In this document: piece after piece, positions 27,399 to 38,882 of the stretch | How the letters are laid out: each line of letters begins with the position of its first letter | Position numbering within the stretch: the first letter of the stretch is position 1 | Assembly (NCBI GenBank): GCA_040388745.1 | Contig: JAZKBF010000037.1 | Location: forward strand, 3,147 to 67,146 | DNA length: 64,000 nucleotides | Source: Bacteroidota bacterium | GTDB lineage: Bacteria > Bacteroidota > Bacteroidia > 2-12-FULL-35-15 | Direction: 5' to 3' | Program-made: the position numbers and the translations under genes | The notes under the pieces: model-generated | What the model was told of the DNA's origin: nothing | What the model saw: the letters and a program-made list of their open reading frames with translations, nothing else | Databases searched by the model: none

Positions 27399-30300
27399 AT
27401 GCAGAAAAAAGTTGTCTACATATTAATTTTTCTCTCCTTCTTGGGCTTTCCCCTTATGGCTCAATGTACCCAATTTTATAATGGTGCTGGTGTAGCATCA
27501 TCAAATCCTTATTGGATTGGCTGTTCTGGCGGAAATTTTACAATTTTTGTGCAACCTACCATTTCCATTATAGGAGGCTATACTATTAGTTGGGGAGATG
27601 GCAATAATTCTACTGGCACCAATTTAATTCCTCCGGCTTTTATCAGTCATACGTATACTGCAGCTATTGATACATTCCCTGTAATAATAACTACAACTTC
27701 ACCTGCCTGCACCATTTCCGGAGTAGTAGTGATGGAACTTACACCTTCAGCCTCTATTCAAATACCTTTAGGTAGCCCTATTTCCGGTTGTACACCGGCT
27801 TCGTTCAATTTTCAAAATTCTTCTACAAACATTTCCGAAACAACAAGATTTACCTGGACATTTGGAGACGGTTCAGTTGCTCAGGTCTTCAATTCCTCCA
27901 ATGTTGGTCAGACCTTAAGCCACACATATCTGCCTGGAACATCTAATTGCAATATGGCAGTAACACTTAGGGCCGAAAATTATTGCAATACCGGCAACCC
28001 ATCTACTAATATTTATCAACCTATCCAGGTTTGGGACCGGGATGATGTAGGCATTACTCCTGATGCATTAATTAAATGTGCGCCCAGCAATACTTTTCAT
28101 TTTGATAATACAACGAATTTAAATTGTAGTGCTCTTGGTAACTCTCAGCAACGGTATGAGTATTGGAATTTCGGTGATTACTGGGGTCTCGGACACGATT
28201 CTATAATAAATTGGCAACCCTTTAATCCGCCAAACAGAGCGGGCTACGATCTCACTTATCCCGGTTTAGGAACGTACAGCGTTTTACTAAGGGACAGCAG
28301 TTTTTGTGGGGTGGATCAGGATATTATTACCGTTCAGATCATTGCTCCACCGGTAGCCAATTTATCATTAAGTGCTGATAGCATTTGTAATGGACAAAAT
28401 ATAACGGCAACAAATTTGTCTACAGGATCTGCAAATCAATTTATATGGGACTTTGGTGATGGCTCAGCACTGGTCACAGTAACTACTACAGCAACTCAAA
28501 CTCATACCTATAATAGTGTTGGAACATTTACTGTTTCGTTGATCGCGAATATAGCGGGAGCAAGTGGTTGTACCTCATCCGCATCTGAACAGGTTACTAT
28601 AAAACCTACACCAACAGCAGACTTTAACTTCGGTTCAAATAATTTTTGTGATGCCGGCACCGAAACTTTTATTAATACCTCTACGGGGTCGATAGCCTTG
28701 TATAACTGGACTTTCGGCAATGGTAATTTTTCAGCACAACCAAACCCTTTACCCGAAACTTACACTGGAGCAGCAACCTACAATGTTATTTTAAATATTA
28801 CAGGTACTAATGGATGCTTAGCCAGCAGAACAAAGCAGGTTAATGTGTTTCCTTCACCCAATGCACAAATAAATCCGTTCAGCGTTTGTAAAGGTATTTC
28901 AGGAATATTTTCAGATGCCTCCACAACAGCAACAGGTAACCCTCTCACTTCATGGTTATGGAATTTTGGCGATGGCACTGCTACAAGCGGCTCGCAAACC
29001 CCATCACACACCTTTGCTGATTCGGGTTATTACAATGTAAAATTAACAGTGACTACCGCTTATTGCAGCAATCAAGACAGTATTTCAGCCAGGGTTAATC
29101 CTTTACCCGTATCCGGCTATTTGAAAAGTGTGAACTCGGGGTGCACACCTTTAATTGTTAGTTTTACAAATCAATCAACAGGCGCATCTACCTATAGCTG
29201 GAACTTTGGAGATGGATCAGCAACCAGTGCAGCCGTAAATCCTAACCACACATTTACCAATTCTCAAGCTAATGATACCACTTATACCATATCCTTAATT
29301 GCCACCTCTTCCTTTGGCTGTATAAATACTTTTAGCACTACTGTTACTGTATTTCATGCTGCACATGCATCATTTACATCCGACTACGTTATAAACTGCA
29401 GTCCTTTACCTGTCCAATTTACAAACACTTCAACAGGTTCTATTGGTTATTCCTGGGATTTTGGTGATGGTTCTGCTGTATCAATTGCACAAAACCCTAA
29501 TCATACATTTGCGAATAATACTTCTTTTTTGCAAACGTATATAACCACTCTTACAGTGAACTCTCTTAATGGCTGCACCAATAGTGCTGTTCAAAACATC
29601 CTTGTTTACCCAAGTCCTAATTTTATTTTTTTAGCATTACCGGCCGATACCGGATGTTCACCTTTAAACATCAGTTTTAATGCAGCTTCGGGAGGAGCTG
29701 TTTATCAATGGGATTTTGGTGATGGTTCAACAAGTTTAACGCAATCTCCCAACCATACATTTATTAATAATGGCATTACAAATTTGGTTCGTTATGTACA
29801 ATTAATTACAACCTCTCCTTTTTCATGTAAAGATACATCTGATTTAAATGTACTTATATATCCCAATCCGATTGCCAACTTCTCACAATCCTCTAGTTTA
29901 GGCTGCTCCCCTTTAACGGTAAATTTTACCGATAATTCAACAATAGCAAATACAAGTCTTTGGAATTTTGGTGACGGCACGTCTTCAAACGCTGTAAACC
30001 CAATTCACACGTTTGTAAATAATACCTCTGCAACAATTATATTTAATGTAATGCTGCAGGTGGAAACGATTTCCGGATGTATTGATACTATGCTAAAGCC
30101 TGTGGAAGTTTTCCCAAAAGCAACTGCAGCATTTGTAAACCCAACCAGTACCTGCAGTCCATCAAATACTGTAATGATAAACAATAGTACAAATGCAACC
30201 ATTTACAATTGGGATTTTGGCGATGGTGTACTTTCAGCGCAAACAAATCCTTTGCATAGTTATGTTAATTCAGGCACATCCAATTTAAGTTATACAATAA

Positions 30301-32423
30301 CCTTATCTGCCCAATCGCCTTTAGGCTGCGTGGATACAGTCTCTCATCCAATAAGTGTATTTTACAAACCCAGTGCAAATTTCAATATTAATTCCAATGC
30401 AGGTTGCCATCCTTTAAGCATTTCTTTTTCTGATCAATCGAACGGAGGGAATCATTATTTCTGGGATTTCGGAGATACATCTCCCATAGATACTACAATA
30501 AACCCTTCTCATATTTATACAAATTTTACTTCTGCGTCTATAACATACGTGGCTAAATTAAAAATAACCACCCTGAATGGTTGTGTTGATAGTATTACAA
30601 AAAACATTATTGTTTACCCTCATGTAATAGCTGCCTTTACAGGGGAAGCTAATGGATGTAGCCCTTTAACGATAAGTTTAACAAATCAGTCAACGAACAC
30701 AAATACTTATAATTGGGATCTTGGAGATGGAACATTATCCACACAAACTAATTTGACACATACATATATAAATAATTCTTCTGCAAATATTAATTACACT
30801 ATTTTGTTAAGCTCAACTTCTTCTTTAGGATGTGTGGATACACAAACAACCGTTGTGAATGTAAAATTTAAGCCCGCTGCCATTTTTAGTCTAAATACTA
30901 ATGCAGGCTGCAGCCCTTTATTAGTAAACCTTTCAAACCAATCAACAAATGCTGTAAGTCATCAATGGGATTTTGGTGATAATTCACCATTTGAAAGTTT
31001 AACAAACACTTCTCATACTTACATAAACGGAACGGCTTCAACTAGTACAAATAACATTGTTTATATAGTCAATGCAAACAATGGCTGTGCAGATACTGCT
31101 GTGAATTCAGTATTGATCTATCCAAAAGTTACTGCTGCATTTACAAACCCGGCACTTGGCTGCAGTCCCTATACAGTGAGCTTTACGAATCAGTCCGTTA
31201 ATTCCGACACATACTTGTGGGATTTTGGTAACGGTAGTTTTTCCGCACAACTGGCACCTTCTAATACGTATATTAATTCAACAACAAGTGACCAGGTTAA
31301 TACTATTCAATTAATAGCTTCTTCTAATTTAGGTTGTGCAGATACGATCACAAACACCACAACAGTTGCGTATCAGCCAATAGCAAGCTTTTCGGCTACA
31401 CCACTTTCACAAACGTATCCATCAGCTGAGGTAAGTGTTATAAATACTACCAATGCCGGTAGCTGGAATTATTCATGGGATTGGGACGATTCAAATATTT
31501 CTTCTGTACAAGATCCAGCTTCAAATATTTATTCTACCTGGGGAACTTATGCTATAACGTTAATTGTAAGCAGTACTAATTGTGCTGATACCATTTCTCA
31601 ATCCATTACTATAATACCTCCTTTACCTATTGCTGGATTTACTGTTCCTCCTTATGATGGTTGCGAACCGGAAAAAATTTGTTTTGTAAACTCTTCGCAG
31701 TATAGTGTTTCCAGCACCTGGGAATTTGGTGACGGGAATACTTCCAGTTCTCAAAACCCTTGTTATACTTATTTCAATGCAGGTGTTTTTAATGTCAAAT
31801 TAATAACAACAGGACCAGGCGGACAAACAGACATTGCTAATTCAACGGTAACGATTTATCCCAAGCCACAAGCTAATTTTTCTGCAACACCCACGCTTGT
31901 CCAGGTTCCAAATACACGTGCTCAGTTCTTAAATTTTTCTATTGATGGAGATACCTATTTCTGGGATTTTGGTGATGGCGGTACTTCAGAAGATGAAAAC
32001 CCCAATTATGCTTATTCACAAGCTGGACAATATGACGTTACATTGATTGCTACGACCCAATATGGCTGCATCGATACGGTAACCAAAGTAAAATATATCA
32101 CAGCCGAACTGATAAATGGAATTGTTTTGCCTAATGCTTTTACACCTAATCCTAATGGCTCAAATGGAGGGGTATATGATCCTACCAGTTATAATAACGA
32201 TGTATTTTTCCCTTTCACTGTAAATGGAATTGATGAATACCGATTAACGATTTTTAATAAATGGGGCGAAATTATTTTTGACACCACTGACTTAAAAACA
32301 GGTTGGGACGGCCTGTATAGAGGAACGTTGTGTCAATCGGATGTTTATATCTGGAAGGTAAAAGGAAAATACCTTGATGGTACTTCTTATATGAAATTTG
32401 GTGATGTAACTTTATTGAGATAA
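27399..32423 (+). CDS. Large multi-PKD surface protein with T9SS type B (gliding-motility-associated, CHU_C-like) sorting domain
   Basis: Signal peptide, about 18 W.FGDG-type PKD repeats, C-terminal LPNAFTPN...IFNKWGE...GWDG...GDVTLLR. Confidence 0.93.
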   Translation: MQKKVVYILIFLSFLGFPLMAQCTQFYNGAGVASSNPYWIGCSGGNFTIFVQPTISIIGGYTISWGDGNNSTGTNLIPPAFISHTYTAAIDTFPVIITTTSPACTISGVVVMELTPSASIQIPLGSPISGCTPASFNFQNSSTNISETTRFTWTFGDGSVAQVFNSSNVGQTLSHTYLPGTSNCNMAVTLRAENYCNTGNPSTNIYQPIQVWDRDDVGITPDALIKCAPSNTFHFDNTTNLNCSALGNSQQRYEYWNFGDYWGLGHDSIINWQPFNPPNRAGYDLTYPGLGTYSVLLRDSSFCGVDQDIITVQIIAPPVANLSLSADSICNGQNITATNLSTGSANQFIWDFGDGSALVTVTTTATQTHTYNSVGTFTVSLIANIAGASGCTSSASEQVTIKPTPTADFNFGSNNFCDAGTETFINTSTGSIALYNWTFGNGNFSAQPNPLPETYTGAATYNVILNITGTNGCLASRTKQVNVFPSPNAQINPFSVCKGISGIFSDASTTATGNPLTSWLWNFGDGTATSGSQTPSHTFADSGYYNVKLTVTTAYCSNQDSISARVNPLPVSGYLKSVNSGCTPLIVSFTNQSTGASTYSWNFGDGSATSAAVNPNHTFTNSQANDTTYTISLIATSSFGCINTFSTTVTVFHAAHASFTSDYVINCSPLPVQFTNTSTGSIGYSWDFGDGSAVSIAQNPNHTFANNTSFLQTYITTLTVNSLNGCTNSAVQNILVYPSPNFIFLALPADTGCSPLNISFNAASGGAVYQWDFGDGSTSLTQSPNHTFINNGITNLVRYVQLITTSPFSCKDTSDLNVLIYPNPIANFSQSSSLGCSPLTVNFTDNSTIANTSLWNFGDGTSSNAVNPIHTFVNNTSATIIFNVMLQVETISGCIDTMLKPVEVFPKATAAFVNPTSTCSPSNTVMINNSTNATIYNWDFGDGVLSAQTNPLHSYVNSGTSNLSYTITLSAQSPLGCVDTVSHPISVFYKPSANFNINSNAGCHPLSISFSDQSNGGNHYFWDFGDTSPIDTTINPSHIYTNFTSASITYVAKLKITTLNGCVDSITKNIIVYPHVIAAFTGEANGCSPLTISLTNQSTNTNTYNWDLGDGTLSTQTNLTHTYINNSSANINYTILLSSTSSLGCVDTQTTVVNVKFKPAAIFSLNTNAGCSPLLVNLSNQSTNAVSHQWDFGDNSPFESLTNTSHTYINGTASTSTNNIVYIVNANNGCADTAVNSVLIYPKVTAAFTNPALGCSPYTVSFTNQSVNSDTYLWDFGNGSFSAQLAPSNTYINSTTSDQVNTIQLIASSNLGCADTITNTTTVAYQPIASFSATPLSQTYPSAEVSVINTTNAGSWNYSWDWDDSNISSVQDPASNIYSTWGTYAITLIVSSTNCADTISQSITIIPPLPIAGFTVPPYDGCEPEKICFVNSSQYSVSSTWEFGDGNTSSSQNPCYTYFNAGVFNVKLITTGPGGQTDIANSTVTIYPKPQANFSATPTLVQVPNTRAQFLNFSIDGDTYFWDFGDGGTSEDENPNYAYSQAGQYDVTLIATTQYGCIDTVTKVKYITAELINGIVLPNAFTPNPNGSNGGVYDPTSYNNDVFFPFTVNGIDEYRLTIFNKWGEIIFDTTDLKTGWDGLYRGTLCQSDVYIWKVKGKYLDGTSYMKFGDVTLLR

Positions 32424-32508
32424 GCTTTGAAACGACTTGAACCGCTTAAAATTCTTATAAAAACAAAAAAACTGAAGCGTTAAAAAAGGTATAATACGAT
32501 TATAAAAA

Positions 32509-32549
32509 AATTGCCCTGAAACAATAGTACTAATTGTTTCAGGGCAATT
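32509..32549. terminator. Hairpin terminator between convergent PKD gene and sdhB
   Basis: aattgccctgaaacaat...attgtttcagggcaatt, with a T run on the minus strand. Confidence 0.8.
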
Positions 32550-32595
32550 CAAATTTATTTATCGGTCTCATTCAAACCTAAACAAAGGGTGAATA

Positions 32596-33351
32596 TTACT
32601 CTTTAATATTCGCCATAAAATACTCACGATTCATTCGTGCGATATTTTCCAATGAAATTTCTTTCGGGCATTCTACTTCACAAGCACCGGTATTAGTGCA
32701 GCTTCCAAATCCTTCTTCATCCATTTGCGCAACCATATTTTTTGCACGGGCAATACGTTCTACTTGTCCTTGAGGCAATAATGCTAATTGTGAAATTTTT
32801 GCTGAAACAAATAACATGGCGGAAGAATTTTTGCAGGTTGCAACACATGCTCCACAACCAATACAAGCTGCTGCATTGAACGACATATCAGCATCCGGTT
32901 TTGGAATAGGGATATTATTTGCATCTTGTGCATTGCCTGTATTTACTGAGATAAAACCACCTTTAGCAATGATACGATCAAATGCAGCACGATCAACTGT
33001 CAGATCTTTAATAACAGGGAATGCAGCAGCTCTCCATGGTTCTACAACTATGGTATCACCATCTTTAAATGAACGCATGTGTAACTGGCAAGTAGTAACT
33101 CCTTTTTTAGGACCATGTGGCTGGCCGTTAATGAACATACTACATGCACCGCAAATACCTTCACGGCAATCATGATCAAACGCAATTGGTTCTTCTCCTT
33201 TATTGATGATATCTTCATTCAAAACATCAAACATTTCAAGGAAAGACATGTCCGGAGAAATACCTTTCACAGGATATGTTACCAGTTGACCATTTGCTTT
33301 TGCACTTTTCTGACGCCAGATCTTTAGCGTTAAATTCATATTTCCACTCAT
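32596..33351 (-). CDS. sdhB: Succinate dehydrogenase/fumarate reductase iron-sulfur subunit
   Basis: [17 protein letters not shown] and [12 protein letters not shown] Fe-S motifs. Confidence 0.96.
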   Translation of the reverse strand: MSGNMNLTLKIWRQKSAKANGQLVTYPVKGISPDMSFLEMFDVLNEDIINKGEEPIAFDHDCREGICGACSMFINGQPHGPKKGVTTCQLHMRSFKDGDTIVVEPWRAAAFPVIKDLTVDRAAFDRIIAKGGFISVNTGNAQDANNIPIPKPDADMSFNAAACIGCGACVATCKNSSAMLFVSAKISQLALLPQGQVERIARAKNMVAQMDEEGFGSCTNTGACEVECPKEISLENIARMNREYFMANIKE

Positions 33352-33434
33352 ACTAATTATTTTTGGATTCAAGCTTTAAGAAACAGGAATCAAGAAATCT
33401 TGTGTCTTGCTTCTTAAAGCTAATGTCTAATTTT

Positions 33435-35414
33435 TTATTTATAAGATCTTGCACTTGGGTGCACCACATCAAATATCAATTCTTCTTTATGTAGTTCATA
33501 TTTACCATCCCCTTTATTTTCCCATGCAGAAACGTAAGAAAATTTATCATCATTCCTTAATGCTTCACCTTCCTCGGTTTGTGATTCTTCACGGAAGTGA
33601 CCACCACAAGATTCGGAACGGTTCAATGCATCCATACACATCAACTCGCCCAATTCAAGAAAATCGGCAACACGAAATGCTTTTTCCAATTCAGGATTTA
33701 ATTCATCGTTAGTTCCCGGAACACGAACATCTTTCCAAAATTCTTCACGCAATTGGCGAATCTCTAAAATTGCTTCATTCAAGCCTTTTTCGTTACGAGC
33801 CATACCGCATTTATCCCACATTATTTTCCCTAATTTTTTGTGGAAATGGTCAACTGATTTTGTTCCTTTTATTGCAAAAAATTTATCAATTTGTCCCTGA
33901 ACCGTTTTTTCAGCTGTAACAAACGCTTCGTGATCTGTTGAGATCGCTTTTACACTTATTTCTTTCGATAAATATGCACCAATGGTATAAGGTAAAACAA
34001 AATAACCATCAGCCAAACCTTGCATCAATGCTGATGCTCCAAGGCGGTTAGCACCATGGTCAGAGAAATTTGCCTCACCTAAACAATATAAACCCGGAAC
34101 GGTGGTCATCAAATTATAATCAACCCATAAACCGCCCATTGTATAATGTACGGCAGGATAGATACGCATTGCAACTTCATAGGGATTTTCACCGGTGATC
34201 TGCTCATACATTTCAAATAAGTTACCGTATTTTTCTTCCACCACTTGTTTACCGAAATCTTTTAACTGAGCAGCAGTTGGGTTTTGAACTCCCAATTTAA
34301 CTGCTTGGTTATGTCCATAACGTTCGATAGCAGATTTAAAATCAAGAAATACAGCCATTTTCGAATTGCCTACTCCAAAACCTGCATCACAACGCTCTTT
34401 TGCTGCACGTGAAGCAACGTCACGGGGAACAAGGTTCCCAAATGCAGGATACCTGCGCTCTAAATAATAATCACGCTCTTCTTCAGGAATTTCATTTGCT
34501 TTACGAGTATCGCCCTCTCTCTTAGGAACCCAGATACGGCCATCATTACGTAATGATTCACTCATCAATGTTAATTTCGATTGATGATCGCCCGAAACAG
34601 GAATACATGTTGGATGAATTTGTGTGAAACAAGGATTGCCGAAAAATGCGCCTTTTTTGTGTGCTTTCCAGGCAGCTGTTACATTGCAGCCCATTGCATT
34701 TGTTGAAAGATAAAATACGTTCCCGTAACCTCCTGTGCATAATAATACAGCATGTCCGAAGTGACGCTCTAATTTCCCTGTAACAAGATCACGTGCGATG
34801 ATACCACGAGCTTTTCCTTCAATGGTAACTACTTCAAGCATTTCATGACGGGCAAGCATTTCCACTGTACCTAAGCCAACCTGACGTTGTAAACCGCTAT
34901 ATGCACCTAATAATAATTGTTGTCCTGTTTGTCCGGCAGCATAAAATGTACGCTGAACCTGCGTCCCACCGAATGAACGATTACTCAGCATCCCGCCATA
35001 TTCACGTGCTAAAGGTACACCTTGCGCTACGCATTGATCAATAATATTTGCACTCACTTCCGCCAAACGATATACATTTCCTTCACGGGCACGGTAATCG
35101 CCCCCTTTAATGGTATCATAAAATAAACGGTAGGTGCTGTCACCATCATTCTGATAATTTTTTGCAGCATTAATACCACCTTGTGCGGCAATAGAATGTG
35201 CTCTACGAGCTGAATCCTGAAAACAAAATACTTTTACTTTGTAACCAAGTTCGGCTAATGAAGCAGCTGCAGAAGCTCCGGCAAGACCAGAACCTACAAC
35301 AATAATTTCCAGGCTTCTTTTATTTGCAGGATTAACAAGTGCACAAGAGGCTTTGTATTTACTCCATTTTTGTTCGAGGTTTCCTTCCGGTATTTTTGAA
35401 TCTAATTTTGACAT
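33435..35414 (-). CDS. sdhA: Succinate dehydrogenase/fumarate reductase flavoprotein subunit
   Basis: [32 protein letters not shown] and HGANRLG. Confidence 0.97.
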   Translation of the reverse strand: MSKLDSKIPEGNLEQKWSKYKASCALVNPANKRSLEIIVVGSGLAGASAAASLAELGYKVKVFCFQDSARRAHSIAAQGGINAAKNYQNDGDSTYRLFYDTIKGGDYRAREGNVYRLAEVSANIIDQCVAQGVPLAREYGGMLSNRSFGGTQVQRTFYAAGQTGQQLLLGAYSGLQRQVGLGTVEMLARHEMLEVVTIEGKARGIIARDLVTGKLERHFGHAVLLCTGGYGNVFYLSTNAMGCNVTAAWKAHKKGAFFGNPCFTQIHPTCIPVSGDHQSKLTLMSESLRNDGRIWVPKREGDTRKANEIPEEERDYYLERRYPAFGNLVPRDVASRAAKERCDAGFGVGNSKMAVFLDFKSAIERYGHNQAVKLGVQNPTAAQLKDFGKQVVEEKYGNLFEMYEQITGENPYEVAMRIYPAVHYTMGGLWVDYNLMTTVPGLYCLGEANFSDHGANRLGASALMQGLADGYFVLPYTIGAYLSKEISVKAISTDHEAFVTAEKTVQGQIDKFFAIKGTKSVDHFHKKLGKIMWDKCGMARNEKGLNEAILEIRQLREEFWKDVRVPGTNDELNPELEKAFRVADFLELGELMCMDALNRSESCGGHFREESQTEEGEALRNDDKFSYVSAWENKGDGKYELHKEELIFDVVHPSARSYK

Positions 35415-35485
35415 ATCGTTTTAAATATTGAATGATTGAATGATGAAAATTGATTTAAAAAATCTATAAATCAAAAATTCAAAAA

Positions 35486-36160
35486 CTATTTTATCCAGCC
35501 CATACACATAGCAATTGGCATAGCAGCAAAAACCAATGAGATTATTATTGAAAACCAAAACCCAATGGCTTTTATAACCGGTGTGTATTTCGGATGATTT
35601 AAGCCCAGCGTTTGAAATGAAGATTGGAAACCGTGAAGCAAATGGTAACCTAAAGAAATAACGCCTAATACGTATATCACTACAATTAAAGGATCTGCAA
35701 AAACTTCTTTCATTTCACCAAACATGGTATCTTCTCCGCTTGTAATTTCATCGGTAAAGCGACTTACCACCCAAAAATGTTTTAAATGAATAATTAAAAA
35801 AAGCAGTAATAAAGTCCCTAAAAGCCCCATGGAGCGAGAGTACCATTTGCTGTTTGCTTTCCCATTATTTACAACATATTTTACAGGGCGTGCTTTGTTG
35901 TTTTGCAAGGTTAAGATCAATGCTTGCACAATGTGAAGGATGATCCCTATGAACAATACAATTTCCACTGCACGAATTACCGGATTGTGCGCCATAAATT
36001 CGGAGCCTTCATTAAACAGTATGCCTCCGTCATTAAAAAATATTAATGAATTAATAAAAGCATGCACTACTAAAAAAGAAACTAAGAATAAGCCGGTAAG
36101 ACCCATAATTAATTTTTTTCCGAGTGATGATTGTAGAAAATTTGCCTGATTTGTACTCAT
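35486..36160 (-). CDS. sdhC: Succinate dehydrogenase cytochrome b subunit (single membrane anchor)
   Basis: SSLGKKLIMGLTG, five TM helices, heme His residues, HLLHGFQSSFQTLG. First gene of sdhCAB. Confidence 0.95.
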   Translation of the reverse strand: MSTNQANFLQSSLGKKLIMGLTGLFLVSFLVVHAFINSLIFFNDGGILFNEGSEFMAHNPVIRAVEIVLFIGIILHIVQALILTLQNNKARPVKYVVNNGKANSKWYSRSMGLLGTLLLLFLIIHLKHFWVVSRFTDEITSGEDTMFGEMKEVFADPLIVVIYVLGVISLGYHLLHGFQSSFQTLGLNHPKYTPVIKAIGFWFSIIISLVFAAMPIAMCMGWIK

Positions 36161-36201
36161 AATTAAAATCTATTATAATAATTTTTTTTCGTTTTGCGCA
36201 A

Positions 36202-36232
36202 CAAATGTAATATCCTAAATCATTTCTATCAA
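36202..36232 (-). promoter_or_regulatory. Promoter of sdhCAB
   Basis: Minus strand TTG, N20, TACATTTG. Confidence 0.65.
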
Positions 36233-36463
36233 GTAAATATGGATTTCATTTACAGGCTAAGATTGCACACTGCCTGAAACGGCCAATTTATATAAGTTCT
36301 GCTGCTATTTAAAACAAATTCAAATAAGAAAATCATCGTTTTTTTTTAAATTAATTGCCCAATAAATACAAAAGAGGAATTGGACCCTCCCATATGCCTT
36401 CTTTTTAATTTCTTTATATGGATTATATTTCCAAACTTTGAAGACCAAATTTTAAAATCTACC

Positions 36464-37753
36464 ATGAAATACACTCCTATCAATTCGCAATTATTTATTG
36501 AAAACCGCAAACGTTTTGCAAAAAAATTAAAACCAAATTCAATAGCTGTTTTTAACTCTAATGATATAATGCCCACCAGTGCGGATGGCTCCATGATGTT
36601 TGTCCAAAACACTGATATTTTTTACCTTTCAGGCATTGATCAGGAAGAAAGTATTTTAGTGCTTTTTCCGGATGCCAAAGAAGAAGCTAATCGTGAAATT
36701 TTGTTCCTTAAGGAAACCAACGAACATATTGCTATTTGGGAAGGACATAAATACACCAAAGAAGAGGCTACGGCAACATCAGGCGTAAAAAGGATTTTTT
36801 GGATGAAAGATTTTTTTATGACCTTCAACGCTTTGATAACCGAAGCTGAAAATGTATATCTGAATACCAACGAACACCTTCGTGCTTTTACTGAAGTCCA
36901 GACCCGCGATGCACGTTTTATCAAGTTTTGTCAGGAGCGCTACCCTTTGCATAATTACAACCGTTCTGCGCCCATTATGCATGAACTACGCGCCATCAAA
37001 TCTAAATATGAAGTTGAACTGATACAAAACGCCTGCAACATCACTGAAAAAGGCCTTCGCAGATTATTGGGTTTTGTAAAACCCGGTGTAATGGAATATG
37101 AAATTGAAGCTGAATTAACTCATGAATTTGTTCGCAACCGCTCTCGCGGATTTGCTTACGGACCTATTATTGCATCTGGTGCAAGTGCTTGTATATTGCA
37201 TTATACAGATAACAATAAGGAATGCAAATCAGGTGAAGTAATATTGCTTGATGTAGCCGCTGAATATGGAAATTATGCCAGCGACCTAACACGTTGTTTA
37301 CCAATAAATGGAAAATTTACACCCCGTCAGAAAGAAGTTTACAATGCCGTATTACGTGTAATGCGTGCTGCAATTAAAATGCTTGTAATAGGCAATAACA
37401 TTACTGATTATCACAAAGAGGTGGGCAAATTAATGGAGGTGGAATTGATCGGTTTGGGATTATTAAATAAAAAGGAAGTAGAGAAACAAAATCCGGGAAT
37501 GCCTTTATATAAAAAGTATTTTATGCATGGTACTTCTCACTTTTTAGGCTTGGATGTGCACGATGTAGGTAGCAAATACCGCCAATTCGAAGCTGGAATG
37601 GTGTTTACCTGCGAACCGGGAATTTATATTCCTGAAGAGGGTTTGGGCATACGCTTAGAAGATGATATTTTAATTACTGAAAATGGTCCGGTTAATTTAA
37701 TGGCCAATATTCCTATTGAGGCGGATGATATAGAAAAATTAATGGCTAATTAA
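36464..37753 (+). CDS. pepP: Xaa-Pro aminopeptidase (M24B)
   Basis: AMP_N domain, ILHY, YASDLTR, HGTSHFLGLDVHD, EPGIY and GIRLEDD. Confidence 0.92.
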   Translation: MKYTPINSQLFIENRKRFAKKLKPNSIAVFNSNDIMPTSADGSMMFVQNTDIFYLSGIDQEESILVLFPDAKEEANREILFLKETNEHIAIWEGHKYTKEEATATSGVKRIFWMKDFFMTFNALITEAENVYLNTNEHLRAFTEVQTRDARFIKFCQERYPLHNYNRSAPIMHELRAIKSKYEVELIQNACNITEKGLRRLLGFVKPGVMEYEIEAELTHEFVRNRSRGFAYGPIIASGASACILHYTDNNKECKSGEVILLDVAAEYGNYASDLTRCLPINGKFTPRQKEVYNAVLRVMRAAIKMLVIGNNITDYHKEVGKLMEVELIGLGLLNKKEVEKQNPGMPLYKKYFMHGTSHFLGLDVHDVGSKYRQFEAGMVFTCEPGIYIPEEGLGIRLEDDILITENGPVNLMANIPIEADDIEKLMAN

Positions 37754-37764
37754 GAACAATTATC

Positions 37765-37791
37765 CCTGACAGGGTTTCAAACCCTGTTAGG
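37765..37791. repeat. REP-like palindrome
   Basis: cctgacagggtttcaaaccctgttagg. Confidence 0.75.
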
Positions 37792-37910
37792 ATTATTACA
37801 ACTGGATACCAGGTAACGTGTTAGGTTGTTTTAAAGCAAAGCCTCAAGTATACTAAACCTTATCGAAGGGGTATAATTCGACACCCCCTAACGTTGCTAA
37901 AAAAATCAAA

Positions 37911-38759
37911 TTGAATTCCTTTAAACGCTTTTTTGATTTTATTTTATTCGGCAATATTTATGTTGCCTTGGGGGCAGTTTGTCTGGTGCAAAGCTCAATT
38001 ATTCAACTCCAGTTTACAGACCATTTATTATCATACTCTCTACTTGTTTTCTTTGCTTCCCTTTTTGTTTATAATTTTCAACGGATCTTTTACAGATCGC
38101 CATCTGAAAATAATCCTGGCTCTATCCGGAGAAACTGGATCTTTAACAATAAAATTTCAATCAAACTATTATCATTAATAGGTTTTATAGGTGTTTCAAT
38201 TACTTTTTTCTTCAACGATCCCAAAATTCTACTTTACCTTTCTCCATTGTTGATCTTATCCCTTATCTATTTTCTTCCATTCATAAAATTGCGTAAAAAT
38301 CCTTGGTTAAAATTATTAACCCTTGTATTGGTATGGACAATGGTAACTGCTGTAGTACCAATATTATTAATCGGAATCGACCACTTTACAAAAAATGACC
38401 TTTTGCACATTCTCGTTCGTTTTTGTTTTATGATGGCAATTTGTATCCCATTTGACATAAGGGATCTCGAGATCGATAAAGCGGATGCTGTTTCTACCCT
38501 TCCCTTATTGTTAAGTGAAAATACAGCAAGGTGGCTGGCTTTCGGATTTATGTTACTTTATATCTTTTTGATAGTCCCTGAATACTTTTTTGGAATGATC
38601 AACCTAAAAGTTTTTATCGCTCTGCTGCTATCTGCTGCAATAAATGCAATGTTGGTTTTAATGAGTAATTCTAAACGTACTGAATACTTTTACGTTGCAG
38701 GCATTGATGGCACTATGATATTGCAGGGAGTATTGGTGATGGGAGTTTACTATTTATAA
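37911..38759 (+). CDS. UbiA prenyltransferase-like membrane protein
   Basis: Polytopic membrane protein with PFDIRDLEIDKADAVSTLP acidic motif and terminal IDG. Confidence 0.78.
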   Translation: MNSFKRFFDFILFGNIYVALGAVCLVQSSIIQLQFTDHLLSYSLLVFFASLFVYNFQRIFYRSPSENNPGSIRRNWIFNNKISIKLLSLIGFIGVSITFFFNDPKILLYLSPLLILSLIYFLPFIKLRKNPWLKLLTLVLVWTMVTAVVPILLIGIDHFTKNDLLHILVRFCFMMAICIPFDIRDLEIDKADAVSTLPLLLSENTARWLAFGFMLLYIFLIVPEYFFGMINLKVFIALLLSAAINAMLVLMSNSKRTEYFYVAGIDGTMILQGVLVMGVYYL

Positions 38760-38802
38760 TTAGAGGCATTATTTGTAGTACATAATTATAGGACCATAAA
38801 AT

Positions 38803-38839
38803 AAATTGCCCAAGATAACCAGTGTATCTTGGGCAATTT
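38803..38839. terminator. Hairpin between convergent genes
   Basis: aaattgcccaagata-accagtg-tatcttgggcaattt. Confidence 0.75.
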
Positions 38840-38882
38840 GAATAGCAACATTTTTTTGTACAATCTAAAAAAACAACTTTTC

